This document shows, one piece after another, positions 28,593 to 42,243 of a stretch of 64,000 bases of DNA (within the stretch, counting starts at the first letter, position 1; every line of letters starts with the position of its first letter). The notes beneath the pieces are model-generated. The model was not told the origin of the DNA. It did no database searches and saw only the letters and a program-made list of their open reading frames with translations. Location of the stretch: assembly GCA_951406725.2 (NCBI GenBank), contig OX597816.1, positions 26,474,001-26,538,000 on the forward strand, given 5' to 3'. The stretch is from Octopus vulgaris. Lineage: Eukaryota. The position numbers were made by a program, and so were the translations under genes.

Positions 28593-29201
28593 TATACGTT
28601 TCACATATACTTACATAGGCATATAACACATACACACATCTATACACATGCACGGACACACACGTACTCTCACACACATACGTACACACACATACATATA
28701 TTTCAGTAATTTTCTTCTCTTATATTCATTTTCCCAATTAATTCTACCATACATTTATTATGTTAAACAAATTTTAAAATTACACAAGGACTTTAAAACG
28801 ATAATTTTAAATATGATTAAATATATATAATCAAAAATATCATTATTTGAATTTTCAACTTATATCCTCCGCCAAACTACTTCACCCACCAAAGCCCTCA
28901 ACCTCACCCCACAAGAAAGACAGGTCACTCAGTGCTTATGATGAAGATATTAAACTCTACAGTTCTAAAACAAGAATATATATATTATACATATACATTA
29001 TATAGATATATAGATATATACACACACACACATAAATATATACAGTTTTAATTATCTTTACAAAGTTCTTGCGCAATTTTATAATTGTATAATTTAATAT
29101 ATAGTACAATTAATTTGTGCAAAGGATATAATCAAAAATACTTATAAAACATTTTGTTATGTATTTATTTTAATAATTGTTCATTTCAACATGTCCACAA
29201 T

Positions 29202-29328
<127 letters not shown>

Positions 29329-30179
29329 CATGTTGCAATTCTAAAGTTCCATAAACAGACCCTAATATAGACCTTGGTGAGTGCGGAGACCCTCGTATAC
29401 AAAAATTACAATACACGGCAAATCACTAAATTTATACATTAAAGTTTGTTAATCACATGTAACTCTAACTGACAAGTTATACACACATACAGACGCAGGT
29501 ATGTACACATACATACACAACTTACCAGTTGAGCATAAATGCAAATGTATTATGTTATACAGAAATATACATAAATACATGGATGTTAAATGTTATGCAT
29601 AAATGATAAGTACAAAAAGTATACAGACAGGTTCATAGCGTGATGGTCACAGTTTTTTAACAAATGTTCTAAAACCTTCGGTCAAAATGTATCACATCAA
29701 ATAAACTACAGGAAATACTAATAAGAAATCATCAAACTTCTTTTAGGACCGACGGATGAACTCTAACATGAACCAGAATTAAACGGTTGGGCGCAGCTGT
29801 TTGGACGCTGACAATTTGGCGCGGCTGTAGGGGCATTCAAGTTGTTTTGACGACAGTACGTTTTGGCACTGGAGGCAACACACACACACACATATACGCG
29901 TGCAGAAATATACACATGCAGATAGAAAGAGTGAGAGAGAGAAAGAGAGATTACAATTTTTTAATTGAGTACGATTGATATAAATACTTTCCCTCTCCTC
30001 ATACACATAAATGGAAATAAGCTCACACACATAAAGCGAGAGAAAGAAAGTGAGTGAATGGGGGAGGAAGAGACCGTTAAAACGCCCGGTGTCTAATAAG
30101 TCAGCATCGAATCATCGACGACAAATAGGCGGTACCAAATTGCTCTGTCTAGAACTTCATTTTGCAGCTTATTTTAGGA

Positions 30180-30330
30180 TTAGTTCGACCCCAGTATGCA
30201 GCTGGTACTGAATTTATCGAACCCAAAATGATGAAAAGCAAAGTTGACCTCGGCGGAATTTGAACTCAGAACTCAAAGACTGCTAAGCATTTCGCCCGGC
30301 GCGCTAACGATTCTGCCAGCTCGCCGCCTT
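30180..30330 (-). mobile_element. SINE family B, partial
   Basis: GACCTCGGCGGAATTTGAACTCAGAAC...GATTCTGCCAGCTCGCCGCC. Confidence 0.85.
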
Positions 30331-30589
30331 AAATCTTTAACATAATGATGGAGCCTAAGGTACCGCGCTGTATAAATGAATGGAGGTTGTAAATCGAAAT
30401 TCTTAACCACACAGCCATTGTGCACCTGTACTTTTGTAATTTGCGTTTTGTTTTGTTTTTTCTTTCTATCATCGACGAAGATATGATAGAATAGAGTCAT
30501 CAGACTTCTAAACTTCTACTACAGATTGACTCTATCTTGCATAGAAATGAAGTTATAAAGTAAAAAATTTACATATAGAATTTCATATA

Positions 30590-30923
30590 GGTGCAGGTGT
30601 GGCTCAGTAGTTAAGAAGCTTGCTTCCCTACCGCGTGGCCTTGCGTACAGTCCCATTGCGCAGCATCTTGGGGAAGTTTCTTCCTCTATAACCTTAGGCC
30701 AACTAACAAGTTGTTAGTCGGCCTAAGGTTATATATATATGCTAGCTTCTGCACGCATTTTTTTCTCTCCTTGTTTCTTTTCTGTGTATCTTTCTGTTGA
30801 AGAGCGTAGGCTCGAAACGTAAAAGACTTGTTTTATTTATATTCCTGAGCGCCATACTAATACAATTGTTTGTTTGTATTCCACTTGCCTTCGTCTTTTG
30901 TTTATTTTCATAAAGCTTCCCGT

Positions 30924-30957
<34 letters not shown>

Positions 30958-31235
30958 TATATATATATATATATATATGTGTATGTATGTATGTATGTAT
31001 GTATGTATGTATGTATGTATGTATGTGTGTATATGTTTGTGTATCTGTGTTTGTCCCCCCAACATCGCTTGACAACCGATGCTGGTGTGCTTACGTACCC
31101 TTAACATAGCGGTTCGGCAAAAGCGACCGATAGAACAAGTACTAGGCTTACAAAGAATAAGTCCTGGGTTCGATTTGCTCTATTAAAGGCGGTGCTCCAG
31201 CATGGCCACAGTCAAATGACTGAAACAAGTAAAAG
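30590..31235 (+). mobile_element. SINE family A interrupted by a foldback and a hammerhead-bearing solo repeat (about 30740-30925)
   Basis: SINE head at 30590-30709 and SINE 3' half at about 31045-31235, with foreign sequence between two (TA)n tracts. Confidence 0.85.
30789..30826 (+). ncRNA. Minimal hammerhead-like motif, family A (core CUGUUGA)
   Basis: TCTTT-CTGTTGA-A-GAGC-GTAG-GCTC-GAAAC-GTA-AAAGA. 5-bp stem I, 4-bp stem II and ACGT palindrome; predicted cut after 30821; A6 is replaced by U. Confidence 0.7.
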
Positions 31236-31494
31236 GTACCACAAAGCGCAAGTTATTTGTAATAATTCTGTGTATAATATCTCTTTATGAACATATCCTG
31301 TTTGTGACGTCAAGTGTTTACTCAGTCATCTATAACCGTGTCATTGACCTGCCGAAGCAGCCTTGGTCGAAATCATACGACTACAATGACAGCACAAAAC
31401 GCCATATTTTGAGGAAGTGATCTTAAGAGTTTACTGCTTGGTCAAATGGCAGTCAAATCTCCTTTAAATTTCAACCCAGGTGAAACAGATAGAT

Positions 31495-31660
31495 ATGTTT
31501 CTTTATTAGCCACACAGGGCTGCACACAGACAGGAAAAATTACAAGGTAGAGCTTTTCTTTTGGGGGTAAAAAAAAAGGGGGTTTGGTTTTCGATCAAAA
31601 GGGATCGTAAAGGGAAAGAAAGAGGACAAAAAAAGGGGGGAATAAAATTTTTTTAAAAAT
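31495..31660 (-). mobile_element. Probable LINE 3'UTR fragment sharing its tail with SINE family B
   Basis: Minus strand ends CTGTGTGCAGCCCTGTGTGGCTAATAAAGAAAC; the SINE B tail is CTGTGTTTAGCCCCTTGTGGGCAATAAAGAAAT. The upstream sequence is unrelated to the SINE. Confidence 0.5.
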
Positions 31661-31696
<36 letters not shown>

Positions 31697-32355
31697 TATA
31701 GATAGATAGATAGATAGATAGATACATGCATACATACGTAATAAACAGATATATAAACATTCCTGGGACCTTGAAGACTGCTTTAATGCAAGAAAGTATA
31801 TTAGTCCCTTAATATTTTATATTCAATATTTCATCTATTCAATAAGACAATCAATACTTCATTTCATTTTACTATATATATATTATTTATACTATACATT
31901 CTATATTCTACATTAATATTATAAAGAATATAAATAAAACATAAAAACAGAGTTAGAATTTCTTTGAATAATATATATCCCTCTATACACAATCATATAA
32001 ACCCCTTTATATATATATACATGTAAATACACATATTTGACAAAAAAATGACCATCCCAAAATACATCTATTTTAACTACATTTTCTATTTTCATGTTAC
32101 TCCTTACATTTTTAAGTTTATATTTCTGCATTTTTATCTTCTATGTCGTAATATAAATATGTGGTTATTTGAATGGAATAATATCTCATGTCATACATCT
32201 CAATTATGAATTTGCTTGTCTGAATGTTTAAGACAAATATCTTAATTTTTTTATCTTATACCAAATATTATTAATCTTCAGCTTCATATACGAGCGAAAA
32301 AACAGTTGTACTGTTTATCTCCATTAAAATTCTCGTATTCTACACATACACACAC

Positions 32356-32445
<90 letters not shown>

Positions 32446-32448
32446 CTT

Positions 32449-32479
<31 letters not shown>

Positions 32480-32484
32480 ATATA

Positions 32485-32874
32485 TCTTTATATATAAAAG
32501 TGAAGTTGTGTGTCTGTCTCCTACGATTTAGATTCCTAACTACTCCCACATTTTGAGGTGCAGTTTAACCAAAACCGGGTATCTTATAGTCGTGATTCAT
32601 ATCGAGCCCTTCTGAGTATTAGCGCGATGAGTCTACGATTTAAAAAAAATTTACCATCATTTTTTTCCATTTTAATGCATTTTCTTCGCTATTATATAAG
32701 GAAAGTAACTCTCTAAAAATGTCTACGATGAGTCAACGATTAAAAAAAAAAAATTACCGTCATTTTTTTTCCATTTTTAATGCATTTTTTTGCTATTTTT
32801 TGGCTATAACTCTCTAAAAATGCTTATATAGTTATTTCCCTTACAAACCCGAGCAACGCCGGCGATACTGCTAG
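32485..32874 (+). mobile_element. Non-autonomous Helitron
   Basis: A|TCTTTATATATAAAAG 5' end, GC-rich subterminal hairpin CCCGAGCAACGCCGG, CTAG|T 3' end and no TSD. Internal tandem duplication. Confidence 0.88.
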
Positions 32875-33541
32875 TATAAAATAAAATCACATGAAGGCAG
32901 CTGATAAATACTTTTGCATTCTCCTCAAAAAATTCTATGGGAATATCATGGAGCTTATCATGGAAAATGCCAAGGGTCGTTGACCTGATGGCTTAGGAAT
33001 GGAGAATATTCTGCATGCATATACACAAACATTTTAATGGCTTTAATCGATTTTCTGGGTTTTTGTTTGTTTGTTTTTTTTTGTTTTTTTGTTAGTGTTA
33101 GTGAGCAATCCACGTTAAATCGAAACATAGAAACAGATGTTTACTAACTAAATATTAATATTCGCTTATTCAGGTGGATTGCATAACAGCAATAACGGAC
33201 AACAGAAATAAACAGAAATAAACTAAATAAATGGAAGCACAAGTTAGCCGAAGCAAAAAATAAATGAGTGTAGTACAGAAACGTATGGATGAAAGAGAGG
33301 GGGAGAGGGGGAGAGAGAGAGAGAGAGATACAGATGAGCAGATATACAAGGAGAAGAAGGGAAGGGGGACGGAAGGAGGAAGGAAGCGGGGAACGGACAT
33401 AAACAAACGGACACAAAGACGCGTGCGTGTGTGTATTCATATATACATACACACACATACATACATACATACATATATACATACATACATGCATACATAC
33501 ACACATACATACATACATACATACATACATATGTACATACA

Positions 33542-33575
<34 letters not shown>

Positions 33576-33984
33576 CATACGCACACACACACACATACAT
33601 ACATAGATACATACATACATACATGCAAGCATACATACATACATACATACATACATACATACATACATACATGCATGCATGCATGCATGCATGCATACAT
33701 ACATACATACATACATACATACATACATACATACATTCGTACATACATACGTGTATCTGTTTTAATACCGTTGATACCGAGTTGCTGCTAGTTTTTGGCG
33801 CTTGTTCTTGCCTTCTGAATATTATTTTTTTGTTTTTTTCTGGCCAAGCAAAACAATGGCGAAAGACCTTCAGATTTGATCTTTCCATCTTTCATACAGT
33901 CACACTACGTCTAGGACCGCCTTATCTAATGTGTCGTTTTAAATGCAAAAATCATCAGGGTAATGAATTCAGGAATGTTTCACA

Positions 33985-34540
33985 GGTGCAGGAGTGGCTG
34001 TGTGGTAAGTAGTTTGCTTACTAACCACATGGTTCCAGGTTCATTCCCACCGTGTAGCACCTTGGACAAGTGTCTTCTACTATAGCCTCGGGCCGACCAA
34101 AGCCTTGTGAGTGGATTTGGTAGACGGAAACTGAAAGAAGCCCGTCGTATATATGTATATGTATATATATCTTTGCCTTTCATCCTTTCGGGCTCGATAA
34201 ATAAAGTACCAGTTTCGCACTGTGGCGATATAATCGACTCAATCCCTTCGTCTGTCCTTGTTTGTCCCCTCTATGTTTAGCCCCTTCTGGGCAGTAAAGA
34301 AATATATATGTGTATGCGTTTGTGTGTCTGTGTTTGTCCCCCCCCCCCCCCAACATCGCTTGACAACCGATGCTGGTGTGTTTACGTCCCCGTCACTTAG
34401 CGGTTCGGCAAAAGAGATACCGATCGAATAAGTACTAGGCTTACAAAGAATAAGTCCTGGGGTCGATTTGCTCGACTAAAGGCGGTGCTCCAGCATGGCC
34501 GCAACCAAATGACTGAAACAAGTAAAAGAGTAAAAGAGTA
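33985..34540 (+). mobile_element. SINE family A with a 5'-truncated family B SINE (34171-34284) in its central TA tract
   Basis: Full family A head and tail, with a CTTTGCCTTTCATCC...AAAGAAATA insert. Confidence 0.9.
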
Positions 34541-34890
34541 ATTTATTTTAAGGATTGTCTTTTGACTTGTTCATACTTGTTGTTGTCGCCACCACTTCCT
34601 TCGTCGTTGTTGTTGTTATTGTTGTTGTTGTTGAGTTGCTGTTGTTATGTCTATTGTACTTATTATATACATTTAGTACTCGAGGATTTATTTACGATGC
34701 GCGAGCTTACACCTTGTCCGGTGAGCTTATAAAACTCAATGGATTGGCTGACAAGTTGAAACAGATTTCTTCACAACACATCTCGGTTTCACGGGGTTCG
34801 GCTCCGTTCTCTTTCTCTTTCTCTCTTTCTCTCTCTATCTCTCTCTCTCTATCTCTATCTATCTATCTATCTACTTATTCAATCTATCTT

Positions 34891-34953
<63 letters not shown>

Positions 34954-35398
34954 CTCGACGGTCGTCTGCTCTCACTGATTCGGCTACGTTATGGAAGCCA
35001 AGAGAGAAGCGACCAAACAATTCGCTGTCGCACGAGTCCTCTCCCGACTCACAGTGAAAACTCACCAAGAAAGACGCTACTTCATTAAAAAAGAAAAACG
35101 ATATAAGAACTAAGTTCGGCTTCATCGTGTCTCGATCGCCGTATGAAATTGCAAACGAACAGACAAAACAACGAATGAAACCAAGATTAAGAAATGAAAT
35201 AAAACAAAGCAGAAGAAAGGTTAAAAAGGAATGATATCGTATTTCGTTTCTTTATATATATATTTTCCCAATGGTATATTTTCAAAGTGCAGTTTTATGG
35301 TTGTGAAAAAAATCAGACATTTTTTTTGTAAGCAGCAAGCGTTTAGGGGAATGGAAACAAAATACTATGTTTATGATATTTACAAATAATTATCTCTT

Positions 35399-35452
<54 letters not shown>

Positions 35453-35574
35453 ACACCCGTTTTCTATCTCTATCTATGTCTATCTCACTTTCTCTTCCTC
35501 ATCATACATGCACACATATACACTCCACAAGTTTTGTTTTCTTTTATTCTCTCTCTGTTTATTTCATCGTGTTC

Positions 35575-35610
35575 CTTTCTGTTGAAGAGCGTAGGCTCGA
35601 AACGTAAAAG
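35575..35610 (+). ncRNA. Minimal hammerhead-like motif, family A (core CUGUUGA), in a solo repeat (about 35520-35700)
   Basis: CTTT-CTGTTGA-A-GAGC-GTAG-GCTC-GAAAC-GTA-AAAG is identical to the 30790 copy while the flanks differ. The repeat ends in (TA)n. Confidence 0.7.
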
Positions 35611-35695
35611 ACTTTTCACCTTCCCGAGCGTCAAACTAATACACCTGCTTGTTATTTATACACCTGCCTTCGTCCTGTGTTTTTCCGTAAATTTC

Positions 35696-35750
<55 letters not shown>

Positions 35751-35899
35751 TGAATATGAATATATTTATGTGTGTACCCATGCCCGTACATATATACGTA
35801 TATCTACATAGATATTTAAATAACTTAATAACAATTAACTTCATATATACTATGCAATATATTGTATTTAGTTCTTGTTTGTTTTATTGCTTTTATCAC

Positions 35900-35965
<66 letters not shown>

Positions 35966-35983
35966 TATACATATACATATATA

Positions 35984-36037
<54 letters not shown>

Positions 36038-37195
36038 CAAACATACATACATATACATATACATATATGTGTGTATGTACGTATGTATTGAGTTCTATTT
36101 TCTCTGCAATTATTGTTATCAAAATTCGTCGCTTCTTATCACAGGCAGAGTATTGTTATATCTTCTACTAATGTTATGAGTCGCGCATTGTTATCTAAAA
36201 GTCTCTACTCCAAAGAGATCCTGATAAACAGTTTCCTCTGTATGTGTGTGTGTGTATCTTGTTTTGTTTTACTTAACGAGCTTGGTACAGATCGTTGCAA
36301 CGTATGAAAGTTAATACAAAAATGAAATGATCTTAAATGCATATATACCAACCTTTTTGTAAATTACTGGAAAGTTACACAAAGCTTCCTTTTTCGTTGG
36401 AACAATTTCCAGACAGACTACAATTTAATCGTCTCCTCGACTAAGATATTTATCAAGACATCTAGTTTCCTTTCACGAGCGACTGTCGAATTTCAGTTTT
36501 GCTCCATTTTCCTCTGTCTATCCACATGCATACACACACATACAAACACACACACACATGCGCGTGGATATGCGTTCGTATGCATGTGTTTCAGTTTGTA
36601 CCTGTGGGTGTTGGTGATTTTGCTTACAAGAGCGGTCCTGTTTCTTTCGAGTATCCAAAACATCAGAGTACCTCTGATGATTTCGAAGCTTGAAAGGAAC
36701 ACGATTTTGTCTTGTGTCATCATCTGAATAAATAATCTATTTACTCTCTACTTTATGCTATTGAGTACTTTTGCTCAAATCGATGCTCTCTCTGTTTATT
36801 AACCATATAACTACTTAAACGTGTGCGTGCGCGCCCTAGTTTTGTGCATTTGGCTCTATATATGTCTATATTTTTCATAGGTAACCTACCCTCGAGTCAT
36901 ATTTTAACTTCTTTTGCCTTGCTGAACATCCGAAGGGCTTTTTTGATTAATTACATATACATATATATACTTTTATTATCATTCATTAAATACACACATT
37001 TGCAAAGCAAACACATATATGTTCAGATACTGCTTAATCACCAGGTTTCATTCGAAGAAGCATTCATCAGGGGGAATTTTTATGCATACATTTATTTGCT
37101 CTATAACCAGCATTGAGTACTCTTTAATTTGTCATTCCCATTCCTTACTAATATAACATAGTGTACAGGCATGAACATATATATAGTGGTGTGTG

Positions 37196-37264
<69 letters not shown>

Positions 37265-37619
37265 GTGTGTCTATACGTGTATTCAAACGCCCTGTAGATC
37301 ATTTTCCCGCTTCACATGTCTGATGATATTTTCGATAATAATAAAAAAATCCAGCTATGAATAATGCTTCCACCCTTTCTTACTAACATAAACAAATAAC
37401 CCAAATACTACAGCACGTGCACACATACTAGGCATATATACTTACACACGTATTTATGCAGAAATATTACACACACACACACAAATATATATATATATAC
37501 ATACGTACATACATATATATATATACATACATACATATATATACATATATATACATACGTACATATATATACATATATATGTATATATATATATATACAT
37601 ATGCATATATATGTATATA

Positions 37620-37664
<45 letters not shown>

Positions 37665-37743
37665 GTGTATATATATATATACGTATATGTCTTGACATAT
37701 TCACTTGTATATATTACATATCTCTAAACACACACACACACAC

Positions 37744-37798
<55 letters not shown>

Positions 37799-37808
37799 AT
37801 TATGCATA

Positions 37809-37848
<40 letters not shown>

Positions 37849-37989
37849 TATATACATATATATATAGAGAGAGAGACACACACCTACATAGACACGCACA
37901 CAAACACACACATATACATATATACGTGCATACAGAGATACACAATTATTTTGTTTTTGTTTTTGTTTTTTTTTTTACTTTATATTTAG

Positions 37990-38361
37990 CCGTTGCCACT
38001 GACAATTCCACGACATTCCCCAAAGATACAGATGTCTCATCGGAAAACTATTCGCTTCCTAGCGTGAATAGCCACTCGCCCCCTGGATGTCAGAATTCTT
38101 CGTATTCGTGTCTGAGTCTGAATGGTGACGCTGGAAGTTCGAACGACACAGGTTCTCTAGACTCATATCTTTCTCACCCCAAATTCAAACAAACTATACT
38201 GCAGCGTTATTTGAATGATCATACAGGATTTCACGTGGACACCATCACATCCACACGTGACAGGCGGGTATCCGGTTCGTTGTGCTCGCGTGATTACGAA
38301 GAAATGTCGACCACATCGTCATCCTCACGCGCCAACGGCAATAACCCGAATGTGTTTGAAG
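37990..38361 (+). CDS. Mkx: Mohawk homeobox protein, internal coding exon (372 nt, phase 1-1) with repression motifs MRD1 and MRD2
   Basis: Polypyrimidine tract plus TTTAG acceptor ending at 37989; GAAG|GTAAAA donor at 38362. Translation has HPKFKQTILQRYLNDH and RDRRVSGSLCSRDYEEM, matching vertebrate MKX PKYKSSLLNRYLNDS and RQRNHSGSFSSNEFEEE as I recall them. Confidence 0.9.
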
Positions 38362-38475
38362 GTAAAAAAAAACAGTTTTCTTAAAAAAAAAAAATAATAT
38401 TAATAATAAGGGATGAAACAGAGAAGAAGATACTTTTTTTTTAATAATTATATAGTTTTAATCTTATCATTCAAA

Positions 38476-38839
38476 CTAGCAGAATCGCCCGACGTCGCTC
38501 GGGTTTGTTTCGACCCTTTAGAATTGGAATTTGTGAAAATAAAACTTTTGCATTATGTAGCTTGTTATTCCCTTTAAGTGAACATTTTTCTGGTTGAAAT
38601 ACACCGAAAAATGACGACACAGCAGTCAAAGAAAAAAAGTACCTTTTTTATGTAAATAATTTTTGGTCTTAACATGGTCCCATTTGAATTTTTTCTTCTA
38701 TGGAAAGAAGAGCAAGCCTTCTTCTACCATACTCTCAATTTTGGTCAACTTGCGCCGCAGGATCTCGGAGGAGATAGTGTTAGTTGAAGGCAACCAAACC
38801 TGCCATACACAGACAACTTCAGCTTTATATATAGAGAGA
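38476..38839 (-). mobile_element. Non-autonomous Helitron
   Basis: Minus strand starts TCTCTCTATATATAAAGCTGAAG and ends with a hairpin plus CTAG. Close relative of 42773-43149. Confidence 0.88.
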
Positions 38840-38923
38840 TTATGAGAAAATGACCCCTTTATATCACCAATATTTTAATCTTCAATGTTAAAAAACTTCT
38901 AATCAGATATTTGAAAGTTTCGA

Positions 38924-38992
38924 GGTTTCGTTGGTGTAGCGGTTTATCACGGTTTATATGGCAGACACGTGGCTCAGTTCAGTCTAAGGAAT
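38924..38992 (+). pseudogene. Degenerate tRNA(Val)-like fragment or SINE head
   Basis: GGTTTCGTTGGTGTAGCGGTTTATCAC resembles the 5' half of tRNA-Val; the anticodon and T arms do not fold. Confidence 0.3.
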
Positions 38993-39132
38993 ATATTAAT
39001 CCGATATTTTATGAGCTACTAATTTATTTTTATCTTCATTTGCATGTGAGATTCTGAAATTATTTCTTTAAAAATTTCTCATTGCTGCAAACAAAACCGA
39101 AACACACATATGTACTTACGCACGCGCGCGCA

Positions 39133-39293
<161 letters not shown>

Positions 39294-40619
39294 GCGAATA
39301 TAAAAGAGCATATAGATGAGCAAAGGTTATACAAATACCCCAAAAATACACCATGGAGCCCAAGATTCAAAAATATTATTTAACCCGGTTACTTCTTTCG
39401 AATTTTTCAGATATAGGACTGAAAAAATTTGTTATGCGCGTGCATAAGTCTTTTTGTGTAACTGTGCGTAAATATGCATATATGATTATATATGTTGTTT
39501 GGGAGATAGCATAGGGAAACATAGAGATAGTGTTAGAAAAAGCGAGGGTGATAGTACACATACAATAGGCATTTGATATAGAATCACGCTCTTTAAATGA
39601 TTTTGGCTGACACTGGAATTATGAATAGTATGAGTAACCGCTCTTCGGAATATAAATAGCTATGTAATGGCGTTTATTTGAAAACAGAATGCTTTGAATA
39701 AATAAAGTTTCATGTGTACTATAATTGTTTTGGTGTAAAGATTAGTTAAATGTTTTATTTAAATAATTATGAGAATAATTACCTAAAATAATTATAAGAG
39801 GTTTTAAATGTTGACTAATACATATAAAGTTACCAAAATATAATGTTAGCAAGAAAAATATCCCAAAGTCTTATAATCTACGACGAGCGCTCTTCTCATA
39901 GCAGGTGTAGAAAATTATCAAACAAATACTTTGAAAACTTAAAGCAATTTGTATGTGCTTTCTTATGAAACGTGTTAAATCAACACTTTAACAATATTTA
40001 GTACATAAAATTATGTCACAAAAGGTTAGAAAATTTTGAGCGTTTTGTTTCGACTATACAAACAATTGGAAGTCAGTTCTGAATGTTTAGTCCAAAGATA
40101 ATTTTTTTTTAAACAAAATTCCATTTGCTTTTGAGGTTCATAAATTTTATTTTCTTTGAATGAGCATATGGCTTCGCTACAATTACTTTCTGTTTTATAT
40201 TAATTAATGTGGATATCATTAGCCCTAATATTCTAAACAAATACTTAATTTCTGGTTTTGACTCACCCTTTCACCCTTCAGTCCATACCTGTGTCGTAGA
40301 TAAAACACACACATACCACACACGTACTACTCCAAGTTTCGAGTAATCGATACAAAATTTACAGCCTCGTGTTGATGTAAGAATCCATGAAATCATGTTT
40401 TTCTCTTCTTTTGTTTAAAAAACATTAGTCTTATAGCAGCATAACTGAATTTCATAGGGAAGACAAAATGGGAATTTGTGACTTCATGCCTTTACAAAAT
40501 AATCTAGAAATATTTAGTTATATAGATGGTGAGAGAGTTCGATCGCAAAATCAAATCTGAATTGTTAATACTTGCTAAACAGAGAACTTAATGCAACTCC
40601 TCATTCTCCCCTCTATCTC

Positions 40620-40668
<49 letters not shown>

Positions 40669-41471
40669 TTAGCTATCTATCTATCTATCTATCTCTTCCT
40701 TTGTCCCTTTTTCTCCTTCCATGTCTCTTTTTCTCTCCCCGCCTCTCTTTCTTTCTTTCTTTGACACTCACCAAATGTTTTGTATTTGAATAACTGAAAT
40801 ATAGTTTTGAACATTACAAAACATGCTTTTATAGATGCTTTTGTTGTTGTTGCTTTTATTGTTGTCATTGTCGTTGATGGTTTGTTGTCGTTATTGCATA
40901 TTTTTCTTCTTACAGCAAAAGTCAATTTTTTCCATGCCCTTCTTTTATTTACATTCACGTATATATCTGTGTGGAATTGAACTACGAACACATTCATTCA
41001 CTTATTCATTCATTGAGACGAGAAATAGCTGTGACATTATCAAATCAGTACTGGATCAGAATTACTTGTTGATTACTTTGGAAAACACACAACATTTCAT
41101 TTTACGAAACTCGTAACTGAAAGGCTGGATTCCATAGTATTTCGCTTGCTGATATAGACTTTCTTCCACTACAGCATGACATCAGATTGTTTGTCTACGA
41201 TACATATCTTAGCGGTTCAGCAAAATAAACCAATAGAATAAGTACCAAACTTCAAAATAAAATAAATACTAGGTTCGATTTGTTCCACTAAACCCTTCAA
41301 GTCCAATAACTGAAGCAGCGATTATAATCACAAAAGCAGTAACTATTTTCTTTCACAAAAAAGCTCGGCTAACGCAAAGTTTCGCACAAGTGATAATAGT
41401 AGATCTTATTTAGGCCAACATTTTCTACGGAAATGCCATGAATGCCACAACTTCCATTTTCACCTCTTTTT

Positions 41472-42243
41472 ATTTCTTTATTGCCCACAAGAGGCTAAAC
41501 ATAGAGGGGACAAACAAGGACAGACAAAGGGATTAAGTCGATTACATCGACCCCAGTGCGTAACTGGTACTTATTTAATCGGCCCCGAAAGGATGAAAGG
41601 CTAAGTAGACCTCGGTAGAATTTGAACTCAGAACGTAGCGGCAGACTAAATACCTATTTCTTTATTACCCACAAGGGGCTAAACATAGAGGAGACAGACA
41701 AGGACAGACAAACGGATTAAGTCGATTACATCGACCCCAGTGCGTAACTGGTACTTATTCAATCGACCCCGAAAGGATGAAAGGCTAAGTAGACCTCGGC
41801 GGAATTTGAACACAGAACGTAGCGGCAGATTAAATACCTATTTCTTTACTGCCCACAGGGGGCTAAACACAGAGGGGACAGACAAGGACAGACAAACGGA
41901 TTACGTCGATTATATCGACCCCAGTGCGTAACTGGTACTTATTTAATCGACCCCGAAAGGATAAAAGGCTAAGTAGACTTCGGCGGAATTTGAACACAGA
42001 ACGTAGCGGCAGATTAAATACCTATTTCTTTACTGCCCACAGGGGGCTAAACACAGAGGGGACAGACAAGGACAGACAAACGGATTACGTCGATTATATC
42101 GACCTGGTACTTATTTAATCGACCCCAAAAGAATGAAAGGCTAAGTAGACCTCGGCGGAATTTGAACTCAGAACGTAGCAACAGACGAAATACCGCTGAG
42201 AATTTCGCCCAGCGTGCTAACGATTCTGCCAGCTCGCCGCCTT
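41472..42243 (-). mobile_element. Tetrameric family B SINE concatemer (184-bp period) within one TSD
   Basis: Units start at 41471, 41655, 41839 and 42023. 16-bp TSD ATTTTCACCTCTTTTT at 41456-41471 and 42244-42259. Only one unit has the full head. Confidence 0.92.

Noticed and set aside
36672-36710. CTGATGA...GAAA as a hammerhead
   Set aside because: There is no stem II pairing next to the core, no stem III and no stem I.
36595-36725. TTTCAG-preceded segment as an extra Mkx exon
   Set aside because: No Mkx-like motif in any frame and no convincing phase-compatible donor before the stops.
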